From the IMG/VR virus record IMGVR_UViG_3300035034_002581: 64,000 nucleotides of DNA, one strand, 5' to 3'. Source of the stretch: a virus. The position numbers and the translations under genes were made by a program. Positions 18,004-26,862 of the stretch are shown here, piece by piece (position 1 is the stretch's first letter; every line of letters begins with the position of its first letter). A model generated the notes under the pieces. That model made no database searches. It saw only the letters and a list, made by a program, of their open reading frames with translations, and was not told the DNA's origin.

Positions 18004-19110
18004 TTAAAAAGTACCTCGTTGTGTCCATGACGGACTGTCTAGAAACTCTATGTGATCAATAGGGAACGCTGCATTTTTTCGAATAGCACTTGTGATTGAC
18101 TGCAACATGGCTTCTTCTGAATCATATCGGCGCAACACACCGTTATAAAAGAATGGCCACTCTTCTTTGTGCCCCATAGTGGCGTTTAAATAGCTCAATT
18201 TTACTGCTGTCGAAAATACGTCAAGCTTATTGATGTAGATTTTGTTTGATCCAGTAATATTGATTGCTTTGATAAGTTTGTCAACATTGAGAAAGTTTGT
18301 ATCTCGTGCCCTTCCAGTTGTTACGCCAATCTCTTTACCTGCTACGGCGAGATCTTTTTTAAAACGAGCGTGATTCTCCGGCTCTGGATCGAAACTAGGA
18401 TCGATTCCGACTCTTGTGTCATACATCTTAGCAACACCGTAGACATCACGTATTGAATAGTGTGAGAAGCCTAAAGATAGTGCACCAGCGGGTGTTGTAT
18501 TTGAAGATGTAACATATGGATAGTTTCCGTAGTCTACATCAAGCCAACATCCTTGTGCTCCTTCACATAACACCTTCTTTCCGAGTACTTCATCCCAAAT
18601 CATGTGTGCAGGGAGGTAGTCTTTTGCAAGTTTTCCTGTTCGTCCATATTTGTCCCTATACGCTGGTGCAATACCGTTACCTGTAGTACCCAATCTTTCC
18701 TTGAACTCTCCAGAATCTTCTCTAATGTGATCATTCGTAACGATATGAGCACGAGGAGATACTTTGACAAGTGAACCGTTATGTCCTGCCTTCTCTAATA
18801 GGGAGATCTCTCGCATCAGTTTCTCAACATTAACAACACAACCAGGACCAATCACACTCTTGATGCCGAAGAGTACACCGCAAGGGACAATATGTGTTTT
18901 GTATACCTTTTCTTCTCCATCTTTTCCGGGCACATGAATTGTGTGCCCTGCATTTGAACCTCCGCTCCATCTCGCGACCATGTCATAGTCACCTGTTGAT
19001 GCTAGTCCTGCTGCTATCTTTCCTTTTCCTTCATCGCCCCAAGCTAAACCTGTAACGATGTCAACGATCAAACCCATGTCGTTTTGTCCCTTTGAATTAT
19101 TTCTAAACAA
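18004..19110 (-). CDS. purA: adenylosuccinate synthetase homolog (short, archaeal-type; PurA or PurZ-like)
   Basis: WGDEGKGKI is the P-loop and SGGSNAGHT holds the catalytic His, as in PurA. It is only 368 aa, against ~430 aa for bacterial PurA. The coding sequence directly abuts the guaC-like gene. Confidence 0.7.
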   Translation of the reverse strand: MFRNNSKGQNDMGLIVDIVTGLAWGDEGKGKIAAGLASTGDYDMVARWSGGSNAGHTIHVPGKDGEEKVYKTHIVPCGVLFGIKSVIGPGCVVNVEKLMREISLLEKAGHNGSLVKVSPRAHIVTNDHIREDSGEFKERLGTTGNGIAPAYRDKYGRTGKLAKDYLPAHMIWDEVLGKKVLCEGAQGCWLDVDYGNYPYVTSSNTTPAGALSLGFSHYSIRDVYGVAKMYDTRVGIDPSFDPEPENHARFKKDLAVAGKEIGVTTGRARDTNFLNVDKLIKAINITGSNKIYINKLDVFSTAVKLSYLNATMGHKEEWPFFYNGVLRRYDSEEAMLQSITSAIRKNAAFPIDHIEFLDSPSWTQRGTF

Positions 19111-19292
19111 TCTGAATCACGATATAGTAAACCAAGTGGTGTGTATATCTTGTAGCACAATCCTTCGGAATAAGGTGCTGGAATTTGGGCATCAGTTATG
19201 ATGCCTACTGTTTTGTTCTTGAGCGAACCAAAATGTCCCGTTGCTTTCCAGACACGAATTTCTACCAGGTCACCACGACCTACATTACTCAT
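19068..19292 (-). CDS. small KOW-like protein (GDLV family)
   Basis: GDLVEIRVWKATGHFGSLKNKTVGIITD fits the KOW pattern Gd.V.v...G.f.G..G.V. Confidence 0.35.
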   Translation of the reverse strand: MSNVGRGDLVEIRVWKATGHFGSLKNKTVGIITDAQIPAPYSEGLCYKIYTPLGLLYRDSDCLEIIQRDKTTWV

Positions 19293-19522
19293 ACTACTAC
19301 CTGCTTCATTGATTGTATTAGCTTAGCATTTATGTCTGTTCGCTTTATAATACAACCATCAGGTGCTAACATTGTATAGACAACACAAGATGATCTAGTG
19401 TTAAATGAGATGACTAGACCGACTGTGTCAACTTTAAAGTGTTCACTGTAACCTTTAGCATAGACAGTTATCTTAACTAAGTCACCGGAGTTAAGGCAGT
19501 TTCGTTTCATGCAATCCCTCAA
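19289..19522 (-). CDS. small KOW-like protein (GDLV family)
   Basis: SGDLVKITVYAKGYSEHFKVDTVGLV. Confidence 0.35.
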   Translation of the reverse strand: MRDCMKRNCLNSGDLVKITVYAKGYSEHFKVDTVGLVISFNTRSSCVVYTMLAPDGCIIKRTDINAKLIQSMKQVVV

Positions 19523-19739
19523 CTAATTCATAGTCCTGAAAAAATCTGGTGTGTATCGTGAGTGTTTCTGAATCAATGACTTTTGTTGTTGTGATGTATG
19601 TAATTTCTGAGCATCTCACATTCATCACGATTCCGAGGCTTCGTGTGGCCCTATGTCGGACTAGATCACCTCGCATGTATCTATACATCAGTCTAGATCC
19701 AGTGGACGAATCTTCCATGCTGTGGTCGATGGACCCCAC
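19491..19739 (-). CDS. small KOW-like protein (GDLV family)
   Basis: MRGDLVRHRATRSLGIVMNV. The start is probably an internal Met. Confidence 0.3.
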   Translation of the reverse strand: MGSIDHSMEDSSTGSRLMYRYMRGDLVRHRATRSLGIVMNVRCSEITYITTTKVIDSETLTIHTRFFQDYELVEGLHETKLP

Positions 19740-22700
19740 TTGTCGTCGCCCTTAGCTTGACACATCCAAACACTGAACCTTGGGATCTCTTCTTTGAGAT
19801 TACCCCAAACCTTGAGCCAAACAAGATTGTTGTCGCCATCTTGTGCTCTGATTCTGTGATACGTCTTGCCGTTCTTGGTCTTTTTAACTTGAACTTCTCG
19901 ACATAGGAACCATGCAACTGCTTCGACGCCACCTGGGATTTCTGTCAACGGAGGAATATCCTTCTCTTCAAGCCTTTCCAAAAACCCTTCTGGGAACAAC
20001 TGTTCATTACTAATGGCACTTCTAAGGTCAGCGTTGAATGTGATCTTCTCGGTTCGAGTCCAATCTTCATCGAACTCGACTGACTTGATTAGATCTGGGA
20101 GAATGTCTGGGACTGCCTTACCGTTCTTGATATCACGCTTAATACCCGCAGCAGACTTACCCTTCTTTCCTTTTCGCAATACGTTCCAATTGTCCATCAA
20201 GAGCGCATGTAGTTGTCGGTGATTTTCAAAAGTACCGTCTTTGAATTCAGCAAGTGAGTTGAACGCTTCGATTTTGCAGAGTGAATCAAATGATCCCTTG
20301 TTCATCTTAGAGTGATACCACTTGCCTTGGTCATCAAACAATAGATCTTCAAGACTCTTGAATGGACGAGATTCTAGGATCTCAGCAGCTGCAGTCTTAC
20401 CAACTCTCTTGATAGAAGAAAGCGGAGGTACGAAGGCATTGATTTCGTATGAGTACTCCCATTCAAATCCAGAGTGATTAATGTCGATCGGAGCAATTTC
20501 ATAGCCGAGACGCTTAAGTTCAACAATTGCCTTTGATAGACCTGTCGGACTGTTGTTCTCAGACTGCAAGATTGTTGCAATCCACTGCTCTGGATGATAA
20601 GTGAAGAGCCACGCGCCGAAGTAAGAGTCAATTGCATATGCAATGGCGTGAGACTTGTTAAATCCATAGACGCTGAAGAATTCGATCTTTTTCCAGAGTT
20701 CTTCTGAGATATGCTCTGGAATGTCATGGAGTTTCTTGGCGCCCTTGACAAACTGGTCTCTAGCAGCAGCACGCTCATCGCCCTTCTTACCCATTGTATC
20801 AAGTGACTTCTTAACAAGAGTCTTACGAAGTTTGTCAGATTCCGCAGGTGAGAATCCAGCTAGCTCTTGTGCAAGTAGCATGAACTGCTCTTGGAAGGAG
20901 ATATATCCGAGGGTCGGACTTAGGATTTTCTCAATAATTGGGTGATCATAAGTAATTGCAACACCTTCTAGCAGCTGTTTTTTTGTTGCAACATAGTCGG
21001 TGTGCACGTTAGCCTGGAGTGGACCGGGTCGGTAGATTGCAGTAATTGCGCCTAGCTCGGTTGCATCTGTTGGCTTGACCTGTCGACAGAATTCACGAGC
21101 ACCTTCAGCAGTAAATTGGAAGAGGCCTGGCGCAAAGTCTTGCTGATGATATGCTGTCTTGAAGACATGCAGATCATCGGGATCGTTTGTTCTGCAATTT
21201 AAGTGCTTGTCAAAGTAGGCTTTTACTTCATCAAACGTCGGCTTGGGATTACCTTCCTTGATTAAGATTCGACGAATACAGTTTCTAACGTCTTCCATGA
21301 GCGTCAACCCAAGGAAGTCAAACTTAATGAATCCGTTGTCTTCAAGGTTACGGAAGTTCATACCTTCTGTCCAAGGTGTTTGTAGTTCACCGCGAACAGA
21401 GATGATCGGCATCGTTCTTTCAAGCTGCTCAGGTGGAGCGATAATGACACCACCAGCGTGACGACCCAGACTCTTGTTCTGCATGAAAAGAGCAGCAATG
21501 TGTTGCTTAACCTCTGGGTACTCATCCATGAATGCACGGTACTTCTTAGAATACTTCATACAATCTGCGTGCTTGAGAACGAACACCGACTTCTCAGTGT
21601 TGGAGTCCTTAGCTTGAGGCATGACCTCTTCCTGTAGGCCACGAGTAAGATCAAAGACCTCAGAAGCAGGAATATCGTAGAATGAAGAAATGTCCTTTAG
21701 TAATGACTTGAGTTTCAAAGTATTGAAGTTAGACACAGGAATGACTGCGTCGTTGCCGTAAAGTTCACGTGCAGCGTTAATCAAGACGTCGCGGTCGCCA
21801 ACATCAGAGTCGATGTCAGGCCAAGAAGTACGGTGTCGACCAAGGAATCGCTCCCAAAGTAAACCGTATTTCAGTGGATCCACCTGTGTAACACCGAGAA
21901 GATAGTTGACAAGTGAACCAGCACCTGATCCTCGACCACATCCAAAGAGCGTTGATTTAGCAGCAAGGTTAAAGACCTGATACATGACCAAGAAATAGTT
22001 TTCAAACCCAAGGTGCTTGATGTCAGACAACTCATAGTGAGCGCGCTTGATATACTCTGCGTTTTTAGCAAAACCTTCCTTGATCAACCCTTCCTTAACG
22101 AGTTTTGCAAGCTGATTGAAGGCTGACTCTTCTTTGGTAGAAAAGTTAGGTAGCTTTGCTTCAGTGTCAATCCATGTGTCAGAGCACATATCCCAGCAAA
22201 TGTCGTGTGTTCGCTCAATTGAGTCACGAACAATTGCTTCGGTGCCTTCATAGAATGGGTACTTGTCTTTATGTGCAAGGTACTCATCCCACATCTGTTG
22301 TGCATTTTTAGGATAGAGTTCACACTTTAGATCTTCTTTCTTCGGAAGACCCTCGTCATCTTTTCGCTTCCAACCAAGGCGTCTATAGAGTTCTCGTGCT
22401 TGCCACAATTCAGGTGCTGGATAGTGAGAGTCAGCAGTGGCCACAAGTGGAATACTAGTCTTCTCAGCAAGCTTGATTAGTGCAGCATTTGTTAGATGCT
22501 GGGCTGGGAGGCTGTTGAACTGCATCTCGAGAAAGAAGTTTTCTTGACCAACAGCGTCGACAAATCGGTCTGTCATGTTTTCGAGGCGATTCATGACATT
22601 GACAGCAGCTTGGCCAGTTAGAAGATCAGGGTGAAGCTCATCGAACTTCTTATCAGGAAACTCCTTGTAGATCAAACCAGAAGCTGCGCCACCGACGCAT

Positions 22701-23254
22701 GCTGTACTTACGATAAGACCTTCGCTATGTTCTTTGAGCATGTCATAGTCAATACGAGGGAAGCGATAGAATCCATGCTTGAAAGACTTCTTGACGAGCC
22801 TGTAAATATTGTGAAGACCTTCTTGATTCTTGGCCAAGACAACTAGGTGATAGTATCGCTGCCAATCTGGCTTTCCGGACGATCTTGTCTCTTCCTCAGA
22901 CTCAATGACGTGTCCTTCCTCTTCCTCATTAGAAGTTTTCGCCTTTGCTGCAGCCTTTTGTGCTTTGTGAGCTTCATAATCTAATCGCCACTGTGTCAGA
23001 GAGGGGACAAAGTAAAACTCTACGCCATACAACTGACGGAACTTCTGACCTTTCTTTCTTCTCTTTTCATACTCTTTCCTTGCGTGAGCATGAGAGTTTG
23101 CATTTCCGTGATTTGTAATCGACCAAGCGTCCATTTCGTTGTTAAGAACGAATTCGACGTGATCTGATGGATATCCTAAACCATCGTATGTAGAGAATCC
23201 ATCGTGAGCGTGTAGACCGACGAATCGGTTAGGTGGTCGAATTAACTTTGACAT
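19688..23254 (-). CDS. dnaE: DNA polymerase III alpha subunit (DnaE-type replicative polymerase with N-terminal PHP domain)
   Basis: ~1190 aa. The N-terminal PHP motif RFVGLHAHDGFSTYDG matches E. coli RFVHLRVHSDYS. Downstream Pol III alpha core motifs follow. The start was moved to the second in-frame ATG (MSKLIRPP) because it is preceded by GCTAGGAGTATAATG, a perfect SD. Confidence 0.85.
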   Translation of the reverse strand: MSKLIRPPNRFVGLHAHDGFSTYDGLGYPSDHVEFVLNNEMDAWSITNHGNANSHAHARKEYEKRRKKGQKFRQLYGVEFYFVPSLTQWRLDYEAHKAQKAAAKAKTSNEEEEGHVIESEEETRSSGKPDWQRYYHLVVLAKNQEGLHNIYRLVKKSFKHGFYRFPRIDYDMLKEHSEGLIVSTACVGGAASGLIYKEFPDKKFDELHPDLLTGQAAVNVMNRLENMTDRFVDAVGQENFFLEMQFNSLPAQHLTNAALIKLAEKTSIPLVATADSHYPAPELWQARELYRRLGWKRKDDEGLPKKEDLKCELYPKNAQQMWDEYLAHKDKYPFYEGTEAIVRDSIERTHDICWDMCSDTWIDTEAKLPNFSTKEESAFNQLAKLVKEGLIKEGFAKNAEYIKRAHYELSDIKHLGFENYFLVMYQVFNLAAKSTLFGCGRGSGAGSLVNYLLGVTQVDPLKYGLLWERFLGRHRTSWPDIDSDVGDRDVLINAARELYGNDAVIPVSNFNTLKLKSLLKDISSFYDIPASEVFDLTRGLQEEVMPQAKDSNTEKSVFVLKHADCMKYSKKYRAFMDEYPEVKQHIAALFMQNKSLGRHAGGVIIAPPEQLERTMPIISVRGELQTPWTEGMNFRNLEDNGFIKFDFLGLTLMEDVRNCIRRILIKEGNPKPTFDEVKAYFDKHLNCRTNDPDDLHVFKTAYHQQDFAPGLFQFTAEGAREFCRQVKPTDATELGAITAIYRPGPLQANVHTDYVATKKQLLEGVAITYDHPIIEKILSPTLGYISFQEQFMLLAQELAGFSPAESDKLRKTLVKKSLDTMGKKGDERAAARDQFVKGAKKLHDIPEHISEELWKKIEFFSVYGFNKSHAIAYAIDSYFGAWLFTYHPEQWIATILQSENNSPTGLSKAIVELKRLGYEIAPIDINHSGFEWEYSYEINAFVPPLSSIKRVGKTAAAEILESRPFKSLEDLLFDDQGKWYHSKMNKGSFDSLCKIEAFNSLAEFKDGTFENHRQLHALLMDNWNVLRKGKKGKSAAGIKRDIKNGKAVPDILPDLIKSVEFDEDWTRTEKITFNADLRSAISNEQLFPEGFLERLEEKDIPPLTEIPGGVEAVAWFLCREVQVKKTKNGKTYHRIRAQDGDNNLVWLKVWGNLKEEIPRFSVWMCQAKGDDKWGPSTTAWKIRPLDLD
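23217..23250. repeat. 34-bp direct repeat copy 1 (covers dnaE codons 2-13)
   Basis: ccgacgaatcggttaggtggtcgaattaactttg is identical to the copy at 23799..23832. Confidence 0.8.
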
Positions 23255-23798
23255 TATACTCCTAGCTGTCATTACTCTAGCAGCTTTTAAGGACGGCCGA
23301 CTAGCTTATTTTTGTTCTTGTATATTGTACCATCAACTAGTACACAATTACACATTTTGTTTCCTCTTTGTAATCGAAAAGTATATACAAAGAAGAATGT
23401 TATTGAAGGCAGGCAGAACCTACGGAGAGGGTTACGACCCCTCTACCACTTTAGATCAACTCCCGTGGACGGCTATCCTCCGTCTTTGTATATCGGGCCA
23501 GCATTTAATGGTCTGCACGTTTAAAGTTGTCGCCCCCTTCTTCAGCTTTCATCATCTTACGTTATTAGATTACTTGCTTAGTGAAGCTGCCTGCTATCCT
23601 GATTGGGTGTTTCTCCTCAATAACAAAAATGATAATTTACTCTACTCATGTGACAGATTTGCTTTAGCTTTCTCAGCTCTCACTGCATCATTGAGAACTG
23701 CCAGCCTTCCTTCGCGACTTTTGTATGAATAAATTGCATCGTCTAACATCTTCTGTTCGACATGCGTTTTAAGGCCCTTACCTTCATTTGTTACCCAG

Positions 23799-23832
23799 CC
23801 GACGAATCGGTTAGGTGGTCGAATTAACTTTG
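23799..23832. repeat. 34-bp direct repeat copy 2 (~580 bp upstream of dnaE)
   Basis: Exact duplicate of the dnaE 5'-end sequence. It makes the 68/73-aa ORF 23642..23863 begin ...ITKLIRPPNRFVGW, mimicking the DnaE N-terminus. Confidence 0.8.
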
Positions 23833-24112
23833 TAATGGCGACCATAGTAAGTGTATTCGGCAATCCAAATATCTTCTTAAATTCTCGTCAGTAAAATAAG
23901 CTCTGGTACAGGAACAGACTCAAATATCTTGCTTACTTTTGAATTCGCAAAATAGCGGCAAGACAAAGCTAATGCTGTTAGTATGTATCCGAGCACTGCA
24001 ATGGTGACGGCGACACTATACACAATTGCACTTCAATTTATGTTCCTTTGAATGAGTTCGTTATACTATAACGTACAACAAAACTTTTTACAAGTCAAAG
24101 TTCTACACAGGA

Positions 24113-24340
24113 TTAGGCGTTGTATCCATCAGTAAATTCAGTAACAACATCAGATAGTATGTCAGTAGCATCTCTACCAGAGACACCTTCAGTTTTTTCT
24201 ACATCGACTAGAAATGCTTCAAGTGCTGTGTAAAGGCCAACTTCTTCTGCGATCTCATCGTACAATGGGTAAACGCCGTCTACTTCTGATATGACTTCTG
24301 CGATTAGGCCGCGAATTCTTTTTCTATTTAGTGTCTTCAT
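24113..24340 (-). CDS. shared-leader family member (paralog pair with the next gene)
   Basis: The internal Met start gives MKTLNRKRIRGLIAEVISEVDG, preceded by a cAGGAAAac RBS. YPLYDEIAEEVGLYTALEAFLVDVE is paralogous to the adjacent gene. Confidence 0.45.
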   Translation of the reverse strand: MKTLNRKRIRGLIAEVISEVDGVYPLYDEIAEEVGLYTALEAFLVDVEKTEGVSGRDATDILSDVVTEFTDGYNA

Positions 24341-24353
24341 GTTTTCCTGCTTA

Positions 24354-24605
24354 TTATCGTGCAAACGAAGGTTCAGAAAGGGACGATCTTAGCTTCTTTA
24401 TGTGTTCCATCATGAGATCTTCTAGTGCATCATATGCGTCTTCGTCAGTCGGGAATTTTTCCAATGTAATTGTCTCATCGACAAATCTTTCCATTGCGTC
24501 ATATAGCCCAACTTCTTGTGCAATCTCATCGTGTAGCGGGTAGGTGCTCTCTTTAAGAATGTTAGCTATTTCTTCTCGAATGAGCTTTTGAAACTTGGTT
24601 TTCAT
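24354..24605 (-). CDS. shared-leader family member (paralog)
   Basis: The internal Met start gives MKTKFQKLIREEIANILKES. YPLHDEIAQEVGLYDAMERFVDE matches the neighbour. Confidence 0.45.
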   Translation of the reverse strand: MKTKFQKLIREEIANILKESTYPLHDEIAQEVGLYDAMERFVDETITLEKFPTDEDAYDALEDLMMEHIKKLRSSLSEPSFAR

Positions 24606-24606
24606 C

Positions 24607-25011
24607 TTAGTCTTCCTCTTCATCAAATATGTCAACAAGGCTTGAAACACCAGTGTGAATTCCGTCTTCGTAGTCTTTCATTTTTTTAACTTTTTTCGGA
24701 CCCGCTTCTTCTTCTGCCATCTCTTGAGCTGCTCTAAGCTCTGCAGGTAGGTCTTTTACAGCGCCTTCGCCCATGAACCCTTTTGCAATCCAAGATCCGT
24801 CGGGCTTCAATATTAAGACTTCGTTTCCAAAAGCGCCTAAAGGATAAATTAAGACTTCGCCCTTATTTGATGTACTAACTGCCGTTTCACCTTGCTTGAT
24901 TCCAGCAGATAATTTTCGTGTGATAGACTGTGGTGAGTCTGACTGTCTTGCTACCAAATTGTCAAGTTCTTCTTTGATAAGCTTTCTAATTACTGACGTC
25001 GAGAGTTTCAT
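24607..25011 (-). CDS. shared-leader family member
   Basis: The N-terminus is MKLSTSVIRKLIKEELDNLVAR. The C-terminus is acidic (DIFDEEED). Confidence 0.45.
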   Translation of the reverse strand: MKLSTSVIRKLIKEELDNLVARQSDSPQSITRKLSAGIKQGETAVSTSNKGEVLIYPLGAFGNEVLILKPDGSWIAKGFMGEGAVKDLPAELRAAQEMAEEEAGPKKVKKMKDYEDGIHTGVSSLVDIFDEEED

Positions 25012-25065
25012 TTAAAAATGCTCCATACAATGTAATTATCACACGGAGCAGCTAAGTAACCTAAC

Positions 25066-26148
25066 TCAATAAAACTTGGTCAAGTCGATATTGAGTTCAT
25101 CAGCAGCTTCTAGATACTTAAGCGGATTGTAGTGTGATCCGCCACAAATTTTAGAGAGTATTGTCTCTACAACATCTTCAATACCTGATTCAAGATTAAC
25201 CGTTGGCGACCATCCAGAGGTCTTTCTGAAGCTTTTTGATGACAACCTATGGTTTCCAAGGTAGTCAGTTTTTGGATTCCATCTGACTATTTCTGACGGT
25301 ACTTTAAGCTGATCAATTATTTTGATAAATGGCGGCCAGTCTTTAAATGATACTGTGTGTGATCTCATACTGGCTGCTAATACTTGATCAACTGTGTCAA
25401 TAATCTCACCAGTAACTCTAGGATCTTCAGCGGCGACAATGAAATCTTGACCCCACAGATTTTGTTCAGCTGCCATTAACACAGCAGTACAATAATCCTT
25501 GACATGAAGATAGTCTTTGTACTTGGTTGGATCGAGAAACATATCGATTTCTTCTCTTCCTATCATTGCTCCGTAAATAGACTTGGCAATTAGAGAGTTC
25601 ATGTCGCCTTCGCCGCCATATGCAAAGAGAGGCCTGATGATGTTTGTTTTGCCTTTCGATTCTCTTACGATCATGTCACCTGTTTGTTTTAGCTGACCGT
25701 AGTAAGTTGTAGGCTTTACCGTGCTTTTCTCTGTGATGAGTGTGTGTTGGTAATTTGGAGTGTCATAGATTACTGTCGTTCCCATGTAGCTTACTAAGAT
25801 TCCTTCTGCTTCGCATGCTCTAACAATGTTGTAAGTTCCGTTCACGTTTGTAAGAGTTGCCTCAGCAGCAGACAGTGCAACGACGTCTGTACCTACAACT
25901 GCAGCATTGTGTATAACAAGATCAACCTCGAAATGTGTAAGTGCTTTTCTCCATTCCACGATTGTATTCTTGTGTACGCAAGGCTCCATAAACATAGAGG
26001 GCTGATGTGGTTCGCCTTTGACCCGCCAGATAAGATGTTTAGCAGCTTCTTCAGTACACAAAGAAACGAACTCATGGCCTCGTTTTTTGATTTCTTTAAT
26101 TAGTCCTTGAGCGATGAAACCTTTTTCACCAGTGATTGCAATTTTCAT
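25066..26148 (-). CDS. NAD(P)-dependent epimerase/dehydratase (SDR family)
   Basis: MKIAITGEKGFIAQGL is a Rossmann motif. YGQLK is the YxxxK motif. The length is 360 aa. Confidence 0.6.
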   Translation of the reverse strand: MKIAITGEKGFIAQGLIKEIKKRGHEFVSLCTEEAAKHLIWRVKGEPHQPSMFMEPCVHKNTIVEWRKALTHFEVDLVIHNAAVVGTDVVALSAAEATLTNVNGTYNIVRACEAEGILVSYMGTTVIYDTPNYQHTLITEKSTVKPTTYYGQLKQTGDMIVRESKGKTNIIRPLFAYGGEGDMNSLIAKSIYGAMIGREEIDMFLDPTKYKDYLHVKDYCTAVLMAAEQNLWGQDFIVAAEDPRVTGEIIDTVDQVLAASMRSHTVSFKDWPPFIKIIDQLKVPSEIVRWNPKTDYLGNHRLSSKSFRKTSGWSPTVNLESGIEDVVETILSKICGGSHYNPLKYLEAADELNIDLTKFY

Positions 26149-26156
26149 TTTTCCCT

Positions 26157-26318
26157 CTACTTAATGTTACAAGCTTGACACCAACAACCTGCTGGGTTGA
26201 CCATACATTCCGAAGGGTCCCAGTCTTTTCTTCTTCGCTTCTTCTTGCGTTTTTCCTTCAAAGGGCCCTTAGTAACCATGGGGGCGTTATTCAAAAGCGC
26301 GTCATTTTTGGTGTCCAT
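26157..26318 (-). CDS. small basic zinc-ribbon protein (below 60-aa cut-off)
   Basis: Manual translation gives MDTKNDALLNNAPMVTKGPLKEKRKKKRRRKDWDPSECMVNPAGCWCQACNIK, which has C...C and CxC..C motifs. The listed plus-strand ORF 26136..26333 is its antisense shadow. Confidence 0.3.
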   Translation of the reverse strand: MDTKNDALLNNAPMVTKGPLKEKRKKKRRRKDWDPSECMVNPAGCWCQACNIK

Positions 26319-26393
26319 TTATCTTTCCTCTAAACAAAGCAGGCTATCTCTAACTATTTGTCAAAGATAGCCCTTTTCATGTATGATCAAAGA

Positions 26394-26837
26394 TTACTCA
26401 ATGTTGCCTTCATACATCTCAACAGCAAGTGATCCATCTGCTAAAGAGCGCTTGATATAGGCATCAAGATCTTCAAGTGATGTACAGACTGTGACACCAG
26501 ATGCCGACAACATAAGGTTAAACTTAGCGCCTTCAGGTAAACCTGCACAGAAGTAAACGATTGGTCGATCTAGGCAATGGAAATACCCTGCCTCGAAGAT
26601 TGAACCCATGTCCTTGTTTCGAGTGTTGCAGATCATCCAGTCTGAATCTTGCATGCCCTTGATGTTGCCACTGAAGATCTTGTCTTGCAGCGAAAGGGAT
26701 GCATCAGCAGGTGCAACAGCTTCATCACGTGGCGAGAAGTAATTCAACCCATTGTCGTCAAGAACTTTCTTGATTGCCTCAAGCTCTTCGAGCCACTCTG
26801 GACTAAACCAACCGCTTGCTATGTAACACTTCTTCAT
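26394..26837 (-). CDS. nucleoside 2-deoxyribosyltransferase / dNMP N-glycosidase (Rcl/DNPH1)-family protein
   Basis: MKKCYIASGWFSPE corresponds to the family N-terminus (YxAGPxF). DMGSIFEAGYF matches the catalytic D-x-G-[ST]-x-F-E-x-G-Y motif. Confidence 0.6.
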   Translation of the reverse strand: MKKCYIASGWFSPEWLEELEAIKKVLDDNGLNYFSPRDEAVAPADASLSLQDKIFSGNIKGMQDSDWMICNTRNKDMGSIFEAGYFHCLDRPIVYFCAGLPEGAKFNLMLSASGVTVCTSLEDLDAYIKRSLADGSLAVEMYEGNIE

Positions 26838-26862
26838 TCGTATTCTCCCTTTATTGTATTTG

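Noticed and set aside
23251-23798. Canonical group I intron interrupting dnaE, with the 34-bp repeats as exon boundaries
   Set aside because: Splicing between the repeats would give an intact DnaE N-terminus. However, identical sequence at both boundaries would force the last exon-1 nucleotide and the last intron nucleotide to be the same base. Group I introns need U and G respectively. The downstream copy also has its own strong SD-ATG start. This is kept only as one low-probability option in the findings.
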